This document shows positions 49,148-57,362 of a stretch of DNA of 64,000 nt, piece by piece (the stretch's first letter is position 1; every line of letters begins with the position of its first letter). The position numbers and the translations under genes are program-made. The DNA comes from Alphaproteobacteria bacterium (GTDB lineage: Bacteria > Pseudomonadota > Alphaproteobacteria > Bin95), in the NCBI GenBank assembly GCA_965205265.1, contig CBDBGH010000003.1:3808001-3872000 (forward strand). The letters run 5' to 3'. The notes under the pieces were generated by a model. The model ran no database searches, was not told the origin of the DNA, and saw nothing but the letters and a program-made list of their open reading frames with translations.

Positions 49148-49963
49148 ATGACCGACGCCATGCCGACCCTGCCCGAGAGCGAGGCCAGCGGAGCCGCCGC
49201 CGCCCTCTATGCCGACATAAGGGCCGTGACGGGCGTTCCCGTGGTCAACCTCATCTGGCGCCGGCTCGCCGTCTTTCCGGGCGCTCTGGAATGGGCCTGG
49301 GCCGCGGTGCGCCCGCTCTATGCCGGCGGGCTGGCGGATGCGGCCGCGGCGCGCATCCTAGCGGGGACGCCGCTGCCGGACCTGCCGCCCTGGCCCGGCG
49401 CGCTGCTGCCGGCCGCCGGCCTCTCCGGGGCGGACCGCGCGGCCGTCACCCGCATGCTGGCGAGCTACGACCGCGGCAACCGGCTGAACCTCGCCGCCCT
49501 CGGCGCGCTGCTGCAGGCGCTGGAGGGCGCGCCCGCTGCCGGACCGCCTCCCGCAGCCGGGAGCGGCGCGCGGACGCCGGTCGAGGGCGAACTGCCGCCG
49601 ATTCCCGCGATGGAGGCGCTCCGGCCGGAGGTGCGCGAACTGGTGCTGGCGCTGAACCGGCTCGGCAACAGCGGCGATACGGTGGTGGCGAGCCTCTACC
49701 GGCATCTCGCTTACTGGCCGGGATATCTGGCGCTCGCCTGGGCGCAGCTCGCGCCGCTCGACCGCGACGGGCGGCTCGCTGCCGCGATCGCCGGCGGGGC
49801 GGAGGCCGCGCGCGAGGCCTCGGCCGGGATTGCGGGCGGCCTCGCTTTGCCGCCGGAGCCGCCGCCGCCCGAAGTCGGCGAGGCGGTGGGGCAGTTCGTG
49901 CGCGGCCCCATCGCGCGGATGACGCCGGTTTCCGCCCTGCTGCTGCGCCTGCTCGGGACATGA
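49148..49963 (+). CDS. DehI-like (group I haloacid dehalogenase-like) two-repeat protein
   Basis: LYADIR....VP.VNLIWR.LA.FP..L..AW, with an internal repeat VASLYRHLAYWP.YL..AW. Confidence 0.5.
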   Translation: MTDAMPTLPESEASGAAAALYADIRAVTGVPVVNLIWRRLAVFPGALEWAWAAVRPLYAGGLADAAAARILAGTPLPDLPPWPGALLPAAGLSGADRAAVTRMLASYDRGNRLNLAALGALLQALEGAPAAGPPPAAGSGARTPVEGELPPIPAMEALRPEVRELVLALNRLGNSGDTVVASLYRHLAYWPGYLALAWAQLAPLDRDGRLAAAIAGGAEAAREASAGIAGGLALPPEPPPPEVGEAVGQFVRGPIARMTPVSALLLRLLGT

Positions 49964-50730
49964 CGCCGGAACTGCCGAGGCTGGCGCCGGGCGAGGTCTG
50001 GCTCGTGGGCGCGGGGCCCGGCGACCCCGGCCTGCTCACCCTGCTCGCGGCCCGCGCGCTCGAAGACGCCGATGTCGTGGTGCATGACGCGCTGGTCGAT
50101 CCCGGCGTGCTGGCGCGGGCGCGGGCGGGCGCGCAGATCGTCCCTGCCGGCAAGCGCGGCGGCCGGCCCTCGCCCTGCCAGCCGGACATTTCCGCGCGCC
50201 TCGTCGCCGAGGCGAAGGCAGGCCGGCGCGTGCTGCGGCTCAAGGGCGGCGACCCCTTCGTGTTCGGGCGGGGCGGCGAGGAGGCGCTGGCGCTGGCGGC
50301 GGCCGGCGTGCCCTTCCGCATCGTGCCGGGGGTGACGGCCGGCATCGGCGGGCTCGCCTATGCCGGCATACCGGCGACGCACCGGGACGCGAACTCCGCC
50401 GTCACCTTCGTCTCCGGCCATGCCGCGCCGGAGGAGAGCGGCCTCGACTGGGAGGCGCTGGCCCGGGGCGCGCCGGCGCTGGTGTTCTACATGGCGCTCC
50501 GGCGGATCGGGGCCATCGCGGAGCGCCTGATGGCGCACGGCCGCCCGCCGGACGAGCCCGCCGTCATCGTCAGCCACGCCGCCACCCCCCGCCAGCATGT
50601 CATCGAGACCACGCTCGCCGGCCTCGGCGCAGCGGCACAGCAGGCCGAGCCCCCCGCCGTCATAGCGCTGGGCCCCATAACCGCGCTGCGCCCCCAGCTG
50701 GACTGGCTCGGCCGGCCGGGGATGGGGTAA
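49960..50730 (+). CDS. cobA: uroporphyrinogen-III C-methyltransferase
   Basis: LVGAGPGDPGLLT and RLKGGDPFVFGRGGEE motifs. Confidence 0.93.
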   Translation: MTPELPRLAPGEVWLVGAGPGDPGLLTLLAARALEDADVVVHDALVDPGVLARARAGAQIVPAGKRGGRPSPCQPDISARLVAEAKAGRRVLRLKGGDPFVFGRGGEEALALAAAGVPFRIVPGVTAGIGGLAYAGIPATHRDANSAVTFVSGHAAPEESGLDWEALARGAPALVFYMALRRIGAIAERLMAHGRPPDEPAVIVSHAATPRQHVIETTLAGLGAAAQQAEPPAVIALGPITALRPQLDWLGRPGMG

Positions 50731-50757
50731 GGCGGGAACCGGCGCGGCAATCCGGCG

Positions 50758-51186
50758 TCAGGCGAGAGGATTGACCCACCTGAGGCCCGGAAACCGCGCC
50801 ATGTCGGCGTCGGTCGAGTGAAGTTCGGCCTGGTGTTCGATTGCGAGCGCGGCAAGGTGGGCGTCCGTCGTCAGATTGGCGGCTGTGCCCGCCGCTTCAA
50901 GAAGAGCGAACAGAATGTCCGCATGGCGGTCTCCCGGATGAATGAACACCGTCTGCGGCCTCCCCAGCCAAGACCGGACGCGCATGCAGGCGCTTTTTGC
51001 GTCGAGGGGCCTGTCGAAAATCCTGGGATTTGTGGCGATGCGGATGAAGCCGAGAATCGCGATCCAGGGAAGGCCGACGCTGACGGCGCCGTTCATCAGC
51101 GTCTCCCACCACTCCCGCGCCGCCTCGTGTCGGGGCGAACGGGAATGATGACTATGCAGAAGCAGATTGACGTCGGGAACGATCAA
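50758..51186 (-). CDS. vapC: VapC PIN toxin
   Basis: IVPDVNLL and DAHLAALA.E....L.STD.D motifs. Confidence 0.9.
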   Translation of the reverse strand: MIVPDVNLLLHSHHSRSPRHEAAREWWETLMNGAVSVGLPWIAILGFIRIATNPRIFDRPLDAKSACMRVRSWLGRPQTVFIHPGDRHADILFALLEAAGTAANLTTDAHLAALAIEHQAELHSTDADMARFPGLRWVNPLA

Positions 51187-51443
51187 CGGCCGGGCCGCCG
51201 GGCGAATTCCTCGGCTTCCAGTTCATCGACAAGCTGGTTGAAACGATCCATGTCAACGCCCGGCTTAGTGCCGAAATCATGAGGTTCGACCTTGTAGTGA
51301 GGCAAGCGGGGCGGTTTGCCGCGCGCTCCGAGCCCGAGGCGCAACGCATCGTTGATGACGGCCTTCATGCTCCTGTCGGTACGCCGGAGTGCGCGCTGAA
51401 GCAGTTGTTCGACATCCGGATCGAGGGTCAGCGTGGTTCTCAT
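51183..51443 (-). CDS. RHH antitoxin (VapB-like)
   Basis: MRTTLTLDPDV...K.VINDALR.GL. Overlaps vapC. Confidence 0.85.
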   Translation of the reverse strand: MRTTLTLDPDVEQLLQRALRRTDRSMKAVINDALRLGLGARGKPPRLPHYKVEPHDFGTKPGVDMDRFNQLVDELEAEEFARRPGR

Positions 51444-51549
51444 ATTTGGCATCGTGATGCGCGATTGAATTGCAGTCAAGATGCCATATAACCCTCCGCC
51501 CACGGCTGGACCGGGTCGGCCGGGGATGGACTTCCGAACGGCCCCCGCC

Positions 51550-52377
51550 TCAGCGCCTGCGGGCGACGAGCCTCATGCCGCCGAGATTGCCGCCCCGGAA
51601 GAGCCCGGCGATGCTGGAATAGAAGTCGTCGAGCCCGGCGAAGACCTCCTCGCCGTGGAGCGCCGCCTCGCGCTCGCGGCCGGCGCGCCAGGACCGGGCG
51701 CGTTCCGCGACATGCTCCGTCCAGAAGGCCGTCACGTCCTCGATTTCGACTTCGGCGAAGCCCGCGCCGGCGAGGTCGCGGCGGAGTTCGTCCAGCCGGG
51801 GCAGGTCGCGGCAATAGACCTTGTCGGCGAGCGTCCCGCGTTCCGCGTCCGTCAGCGTGCCCCGCTCGAAATAGTCCTCGACATACATCGCCCCGCCCGG
51901 CCGGAGCGCCTCGAAGCAGCGCCGGTAGAGGCGCTCGCGGTCGGGGATGTGCAGGAACACGAGCCAGGCGAAGAGCGCGTCGAAGCCGCCGGGCCCAGGC
52001 GCGCCCTCCAGAATGTCGCCCTGCCGGTGCGCCACAAGGTCCGCGAGGCCGGCGCGCACGGTCAGCCGGGCGGCGACCTCATGCACGTCCGGCTGGAGCT
52101 CGAGCGCGGTGACCGCACAGCCCGCCCGGTCGGCGATGATGCGCGCGGGCCCGCCGAGCCCGGAGCCGACATCGAGCACCCGGTGGCGCGGCGCGAGCGC
52201 GAGCCGGGCGATCCCCTCCTCTACCGCGGCCACGCCGTCATAGTGGTACTGGTCGAAGCGGGAGAGCACATCGAGGGGCACCGGGCCGTCATCCGCGATT
52301 CCGGCGTCGCGCAGCTGCGCATAGACCCGCTCCACGCGCGAATAGAGCTTCATGCTCTTGATGGCCTGCCCGCTCAT
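51550..52377 (-). CDS. SAM-dependent methyltransferase (sarcosine/DMG or phosphoethanolamine N-MT-like)
   Basis: DQYHY, VLDVGSGLGGPAR, FLHIPDR and LRPGG motifs. Confidence 0.85.
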   Translation of the reverse strand: MSGQAIKSMKLYSRVERVYAQLRDAGIADDGPVPLDVLSRFDQYHYDGVAAVEEGIARLALAPRHRVLDVGSGLGGPARIIADRAGCAVTALELQPDVHEVAARLTVRAGLADLVAHRQGDILEGAPGPGGFDALFAWLVFLHIPDRERLYRRCFEALRPGGAMYVEDYFERGTLTDAERGTLADKVYCRDLPRLDELRRDLAGAGFAEVEIEDVTAFWTEHVAERARSWRAGREREAALHGEEVFAGLDDFYSSIAGLFRGGNLGGMRLVARRR

Positions 52378-52521
52378 TGGCCCGCCCGCTCCGCTTCGTT
52401 CCCGGGCGTAAAGAGTGCGCGCCCGGCGGCCGGTATGCAACGGGGCGGGCCGGCTCTCGCACGAGAGGGGGTTTGCCCCCGCCCCTTCCCGGCGCGCCGT
52501 CCGGCCGCTATATCCGCCCCC

Positions 52522-52953
52522 ATGACGGGTTTCGATTCGGTGCTTCTCGGGATTGCGGTCACCGCCAGCGCGCTGGCCTTCGGCGGCATGGTGACCTTCA
52601 CCGGCTTCTTCGCGCCGATGGTGTTCCGCAAGCTCGACAAGCCGGTGGCCGACGCCTTCATGCGGGACGCCTTCGGCCCCTACTACATGTTCATGGCGGT
52701 GGTCTCGGGCATCGCGGCGGTCGCGGCGGTCGCGGTGCAGCCCTGGGATGCGGCGATCATGGCGATGGTCGCGGTCGCCTTCCTCGCCTCGCGCTATGTG
52801 ACCATGCCGCAGACCCAGCGCCTCTTCGATGCCCGCGAGCGCGGCGAATACGGCGCGGCGGACGAGTTCACCCGCGCCCACAAGCGCGCCGCCTTCGTCA
52901 ACATGATCCAGCTGGTCGCCGTGCTCGCGGCGCTGTTGCGGCTGGCGCTCTGA
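52522..52953 (+). CDS. DUF4149 membrane protein
   Basis: Four hydrophobic helices; FFAPMVF, F..YY and F...H motifs. Confidence 0.75.
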   Translation: MTGFDSVLLGIAVTASALAFGGMVTFTGFFAPMVFRKLDKPVADAFMRDAFGPYYMFMAVVSGIAAVAAVAVQPWDAAIMAMVAVAFLASRYVTMPQTQRLFDARERGEYGAADEFTRAHKRAAFVNMIQLVAVLAALLRLAL

Positions 52954-52968
52954 GGCGCCGCCCGCGCC

Positions 52969-53559
52969 ATGCGCAAGAGCCTGCGGATCGGGCTGCTGGT
53001 CTCCGGCGCCATCGTCGCGGCGCTGGCCGGCTACTGGCTCTGGTGGGCGCTGGAAGGCCGGCCGCAGGAGGGCCGGCCGGCGGTCGGCGGGCCGTTCGAA
53101 CTCATCGACGGCGACGGGCGCACGGTGACGGAGCGGGACTTCCGCGGCCGGCACATGCTGGTCTATTTCGGCTTCACTTTCTGCCCCGACGTGTGCCCGA
53201 CCACGCTCTTCAACGCGAGCCAGGCGCTGGAGGAGATCGGCCCGGCGCTGGCCTCGAAGGTGCGGCTCGTCTTCGTCTCCGTCGACCCCGAGCGCGACAC
53301 GCCCGAAGTCGTGAAGGACTATGCCGGCCATTTCCATCCCGGCACGGTGGGCCTGACCGGCACGCCCGAACAGGTGGCCGCCGCCGCCCGCGCCTTCCGC
53401 ATCTACTACCGCAAGGCCGCCCCGGACGAGGACGGCGGCTACCTGGTGGACCACTCCTCGATCCTGTTCCTGATGGACGGGGAGGGGCGCTATGTCACCC
53501 ATTTCGGCCATGAGGCGACGGCGGCCGACATGGCGGCGGCGTTGAAGCGCCTGCTGTGA
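52969..53559 (+). CDS. SCO1/SenC copper chaperone
   Basis: FGFTFCPDVCP, SVDPERD and DHS motifs. Confidence 0.93.
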   Translation: MRKSLRIGLLVSGAIVAALAGYWLWWALEGRPQEGRPAVGGPFELIDGDGRTVTERDFRGRHMLVYFGFTFCPDVCPTTLFNASQALEEIGPALASKVRLVFVSVDPERDTPEVVKDYAGHFHPGTVGLTGTPEQVAAAARAFRIYYRKAAPDEDGGYLVDHSSILFLMDGEGRYVTHFGHEATAADMAAALKRLL

Positions 53560-54809
53560 AGGGGGTCGTGCTCGCCGCCCCGGCCTCGGGCAGCGGCAAG
53601 ACGACCGTCGCCGCGGGCCTCGTCCGCGCGCTCCGCCGCCAGGGCCTCGCCGTGCAGCCCTACAAGGCGGGGCCGGACTATATCGACGCCGGTTTCCTCG
53701 CCGCCGCAGCCGGGCGGCCCTGCCCGAACCTCGACCCCTGGGCGATGCGCCCGGAAACGCTGGCGGCCGCGCTCGACGCCGACGCCGACATCGCCGTCGT
53801 CGAGGGCGTGATGGGCCTCTTCGACGGGCCGGAGGGCCGCGGCGGCTCGACGGCCGACCTCGCCGCGCTCACCGGCTGGCCGGTTGTGCTGGTCGTGGAC
53901 TGCGCGCGGCAGGGCCAGTCGGTCGCGGCGCTGCTGGAGGGGTTCGCCGGCCATCGGGGCGACATCCGCATCGCCGGCGCGGTGCTGAACCGGGTTGCGG
54001 GCGCGCGGCATGAAGCATTGCTGCGCGAGCGGGCGGGCGCGGTGCCGATCCTGGCGGCGCTCCCGCGCGAGCCGGCGCTCGCGCTCCCCTCGCGCCATCT
54101 GGGGCTGGTGCAGGCGCAGGAACATGCCGCGCTCGAAGACTGGCTGGAACGCGCGGCGGACCTGGCCCCGGCCGCGGCGATGCCCTTCGGCCCGCTCAAC
54201 CTGCCGGCGACGGGAAGCGCGGACGGCGCGCCGCTGCCGCCGCCCGGCCAGCGGATCGCGGTCGCGCGCGACGAGGCTTTCGCCTTCGCCTATGAGCATG
54301 TGCTGGCCGGCTGGCGGCGCGCCGGGGCCGAGCTTGCCTTCTTCTCGCCGCTCGCCGACGAGGCGCCGGAGGGCGACGCGGTGTTCCTGCCGGGCGGTTA
54401 TCCGGAACTTCATGCCGGGCGGCTCGCGGCCGCCGGCAATTTTATGGCCGCGCTCCGCCGCCATGAGGGGCCGGTTTACGGCGAGTGCGGCGGCTACATG
54501 GTGCTGGGCGAGGGGCTGGAGGATGCGGCGGGCAAGCGCCACGCCATGGCGGGCCTTCTGCCGCTGGAGACGAGCTTCGCCGCGCCCGCCCGCCGGCTCG
54601 GCTACCGCCGCCTCGCGGCCAGGGGCGGCGGCTTTCCGCCAGGCCGGGCCTTCCGGGGCCACGAATTCCACTATGCGCGCGCGCTCCGCGAAGGCCCGGG
54701 CGAGGCGCTGTTCGAGACGGCGGACGCGCAGGGCCGCCCGCTCGGCCCGGCCGGCCTCCGGCGCGGCCGCGTCGCCGGCTCCTTCATGCATCTGATCGAC
54801 GGAGCCTGA
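53556..54809 (+). CDS. cobB: cobyrinate a,c-diamide synthase
   Basis: SGSGKTT, KAGPDYID, EGVMGLFDG, GGYPELH, GECGG and GHEFHY motifs. Confidence 0.93.
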   Translation: MKGVVLAAPASGSGKTTVAAGLVRALRRQGLAVQPYKAGPDYIDAGFLAAAAGRPCPNLDPWAMRPETLAAALDADADIAVVEGVMGLFDGPEGRGGSTADLAALTGWPVVLVVDCARQGQSVAALLEGFAGHRGDIRIAGAVLNRVAGARHEALLRERAGAVPILAALPREPALALPSRHLGLVQAQEHAALEDWLERAADLAPAAAMPFGPLNLPATGSADGAPLPPPGQRIAVARDEAFAFAYEHVLAGWRRAGAELAFFSPLADEAPEGDAVFLPGGYPELHAGRLAAAGNFMAALRRHEGPVYGECGGYMVLGEGLEDAAGKRHAMAGLLPLETSFAAPARRLGYRRLAARGGGFPPGRAFRGHEFHYARALREGPGEALFETADAQGRPLGPAGLRRGRVAGSFMHLIDGA

Positions 54810-54880
54810 GACGGGACCCAGCCCTCCTCCGGCGGCGAAAAGTCTTGCCGCGCCTTGCCTGCGCGGCGAGAATGGGCTCC

Positions 54881-55123
54881 ATGGCCGTCGCCGACCTCGC
54901 ACCCTGGATCACTCCCGCCATCGTTCTGGGCGTATTCGCCTGGCTGCGCTCCGATATCCGCGAACTGCGCACGGATATCCGCGAACTGAGGGAACGCATG
55001 GACCGGTTCGACGACCGGCTGCGCGGGGTCGCGCGGGACCTGTCGGAAATGAAGGGCAAGCTGACCTTCATCGGGAACTACATTCTGGGGCGCTACAAGC
55101 CGGCCGCCGACCCGGCGGAATAA
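54881..55123 (+). CDS. small membrane-anchored coiled-coil protein (third paralog)
   Basis: WITPAIVLGVFAWL TM, DIRELR heptad repeats and a YILGR..PAADPAE tail. Confidence 0.7.
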   Translation: MAVADLAPWITPAIVLGVFAWLRSDIRELRTDIRELRERMDRFDDRLRGVARDLSEMKGKLTFIGNYILGRYKPAADPAE

Positions 55124-55165
55124 CGGCGGCCGCTTCGTTCGGGTCCCGGCGGACGGGCTGCGGCG

Positions 55166-56824
55166 ATGAGCGAAGGCCCGGTCTTCGATTACATCGTGAT
55201 CGGCGCGGGATCGGCGGGATGCGTGCTCGCCAACCGGCTGACCGAGGACGGCGGGGCGACGGTGCTGCTGCTGGAGGCCGGCGGCAGCGACCGCAGCATC
55301 GTCCTGCAGATGCCGTCTGCGCTCGCCATCGCCATGGGGCACAGGCGCTATGGCTGGCACTACCGGACGGAGCCCGAGCCGCATCTGGGCGGGCGGCGCC
55401 TCCACTGCCCGCGCGGCCGGGTGCTCGGCGGCTCCTCCTCTGTCAACGGCATGGCCTATGTGCGCGGCAACCCGCTCGATTTCGACGGCTGGGCGGAAGG
55501 CGGCGCGGCGGGCTGGTCCTGGGCCGGGGTGCTGCCCTATTTCCGAAGGGCGGAGAGCTTCAGCGGCGGCGGCGACGACTGGCGCGGCGATTCGGGGCCG
55601 CTCAACACCTCGCGCGGGCGGATGGCGAACCCGCTCTACGCCGCCTTCATCGAAGCGGGCGGGCAGGCCGGCTACGCACAGACGGCCGACATGAACGGCT
55701 ACCGGCAGGAAGGCTTCGGACCCATGGACATGACCGTCCACCGGGGCCGGCGCTGGAGCGCCGCCAACGCCTATCTCCGGCCCGCCGCCGGCAGGCCCGG
55801 CCTCGCCGTGGAGACCGGCGCGCTCGCAACGCGCATCCTGCTGGACGGACGCCGCGCCACAGGCGTCGAATACCGGCGGGGCGGCGCTGTCCGGACCGCT
55901 CGGGCGCGGCGCGAGGTCGTTCTGAGCGGCGGGCCCATCAATGCGCCGCAACTCCTGATGCTGTCGGGCATCGGCCCGGCCGCGCATCTTGCAGAACACG
56001 GAATTGCCGTCGCCTGCGACCTGCCCGGCGTCGGCCGCAACCTCCAGGACCATCTGGAGCTTTACGTCCAGCAGGAATGCCTTCGCCCGATCACGCTCTA
56101 TTCCGCAACGGGCCTCCTGCAGAGGGCGCTGATCGGCGCCCGCTGGATGCTGTTCCGGTCCGGCCCCGGCGCCACCAACCATTTCGAGGCCGGCGGCTTC
56201 ATCCGCTCGCGTCCGGGCGTGCGCTGGCCGGACATCCAGTACCATTTCCTGCCGCTTGCGGCCTCCTACGACATGAGCGACCGGGTCCGCTGCCACGGCT
56301 ACCAGGCGCATGTCGGCCCGATGCGCTCGAAATCGCGCGGCGAAGTCCGGCTCGCCGCCGCCAACCCGCTGGAGCCGCCGCGTGTGCAATTCAACTATAT
56401 GAGCCATGCGGACGACTGGACCGAGATGCGCGCCTGCGTCCGCCTCACGCGCGAGCTTTTCGCCCAGCCCGCCTTCGACCCGTATCGGGGCCGGGAGCTT
56501 GCGCCGGGCGAGGCGGCTGAGAGCGACGGGGAGATCGACGCCTTCGTGCGCGAGACCGTCCAGAGCGCCTACCATCCCTGCGGCACCTGCCGGATGGGCG
56601 CGGACGACCTGGCGGTGGTCGATCCGGAGCTCCGGGTTCGCGGCATGGATAGCCTGCGCGTCGTGGACAGCTCGATCATGCCGGCGATCACTACCGGCAA
56701 TCTCAACGCGCCGACCGTCATGATTGCGGAGAAGGCTGCGGACATGATCCGCGGCCGGGCGCCCCTGCCGCCCTCCGAAGCCTCTTTCTACACCGCGCCC
56801 GACTGGCGGACGGCCCAGCGCTGA
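55166..56824 (+). CDS. betA: choline dehydrogenase (GMC oxidoreductase)
   Basis: GAGSAG, RGRVLGGSSSVNGM, NLQDHLE, AYHPCGTCRMG and GNLNAP motifs. Confidence 0.9.
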   Translation: MSEGPVFDYIVIGAGSAGCVLANRLTEDGGATVLLLEAGGSDRSIVLQMPSALAIAMGHRRYGWHYRTEPEPHLGGRRLHCPRGRVLGGSSSVNGMAYVRGNPLDFDGWAEGGAAGWSWAGVLPYFRRAESFSGGGDDWRGDSGPLNTSRGRMANPLYAAFIEAGGQAGYAQTADMNGYRQEGFGPMDMTVHRGRRWSAANAYLRPAAGRPGLAVETGALATRILLDGRRATGVEYRRGGAVRTARARREVVLSGGPINAPQLLMLSGIGPAAHLAEHGIAVACDLPGVGRNLQDHLELYVQQECLRPITLYSATGLLQRALIGARWMLFRSGPGATNHFEAGGFIRSRPGVRWPDIQYHFLPLAASYDMSDRVRCHGYQAHVGPMRSKSRGEVRLAAANPLEPPRVQFNYMSHADDWTEMRACVRLTRELFAQPAFDPYRGRELAPGEAAESDGEIDAFVRETVQSAYHPCGTCRMGADDLAVVDPELRVRGMDSLRVVDSSIMPAITTGNLNAPTVMIAEKAADMIRGRAPLPPSEASFYTAPDWRTAQR

Positions 56825-56833
56825 CAGGCCGGG

Positions 56834-57250
56834 CTACGGGCCGGCGTCGATCTCGATGCTGCGGCTGCGGACCTCCGGCTCCGGGCGCATAAGGTCGATA
56901 TGCAGAAGGCCGTTTTCCGTATGCGCTTTCTGCACCTCGATGCCTTCGGCCAGCACGAAGCGGCGCTGGAACTGGCGCGCCGCGATGCCGCGATGGAGGA
57001 AGACGCGCCCCTCGGCCTCCTCGCTCTGGCGGCCGCGCACGATCAGCTGCCGGTCCTCGACCGAGATCGTGAGGTCCTCGCGCGCGAAACCCGCTACCGC
57101 CAATGAAATGCGCAGCCGGTTGTCGCCTGTCCGCTCGATATTATAGGGCGGGTAGCCGTCTGCGGACGCCTTCGATACCGAATCGAGCATCTGCTCCAGA
57201 CGGTCGAACCCGAGCAGCAGCGGACTGTTGAAAACCGGCATTCGCGACAT
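56834..57250 (-). CDS. ibpA: Hsp20 small heat-shock protein
   Basis: YPPYNIE, LAVAGF, HRGIAAR.F.R.F.LA and NGLLHIDL motifs. Confidence 0.92.
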   Translation of the reverse strand: MSRMPVFNSPLLLGFDRLEQMLDSVSKASADGYPPYNIERTGDNRLRISLAVAGFAREDLTISVEDRQLIVRGRQSEEAEGRVFLHRGIAARQFQRRFVLAEGIEVQKAHTENGLLHIDLMRPEPEVRSRSIEIDAGP

Positions 57251-57322
57251 GGCGCTGTTTCTCCCCAATACAAAGCGAGACGCGCATCGGCCGGACCCAA
57301 GCATTGCGGCGTCCGGCGGCAT
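57251..57322 (-). ncRNA. putative ROSE RNA thermometer in the ibpA 5' UTR
   Basis: TCTCGCT-TTGTATT-GGGGAGA: the UCGCU motif pairs with the Shine-Dalgarno sequence. Confidence 0.5.
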
Positions 57323-57325
57323 TGG

Positions 57326-57354
57326 TATATGGGAGGCGGGAGAGGGAGTGCAAG
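57326..57354 (-). promoter_or_regulatory. RpoH (sigma32) promoter of ibpA
   Basis: CTTG-N17-CCCATATA. Confidence 0.75.
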
Positions 57355-57362
57355 CGCCGCCC

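Noticed and set aside
49960-54809. Cobalamin riboswitch near cobA/cobB
   Set aside because: Both genes overlap their upstream ORFs, leaving no leader, and I saw no B12-box.
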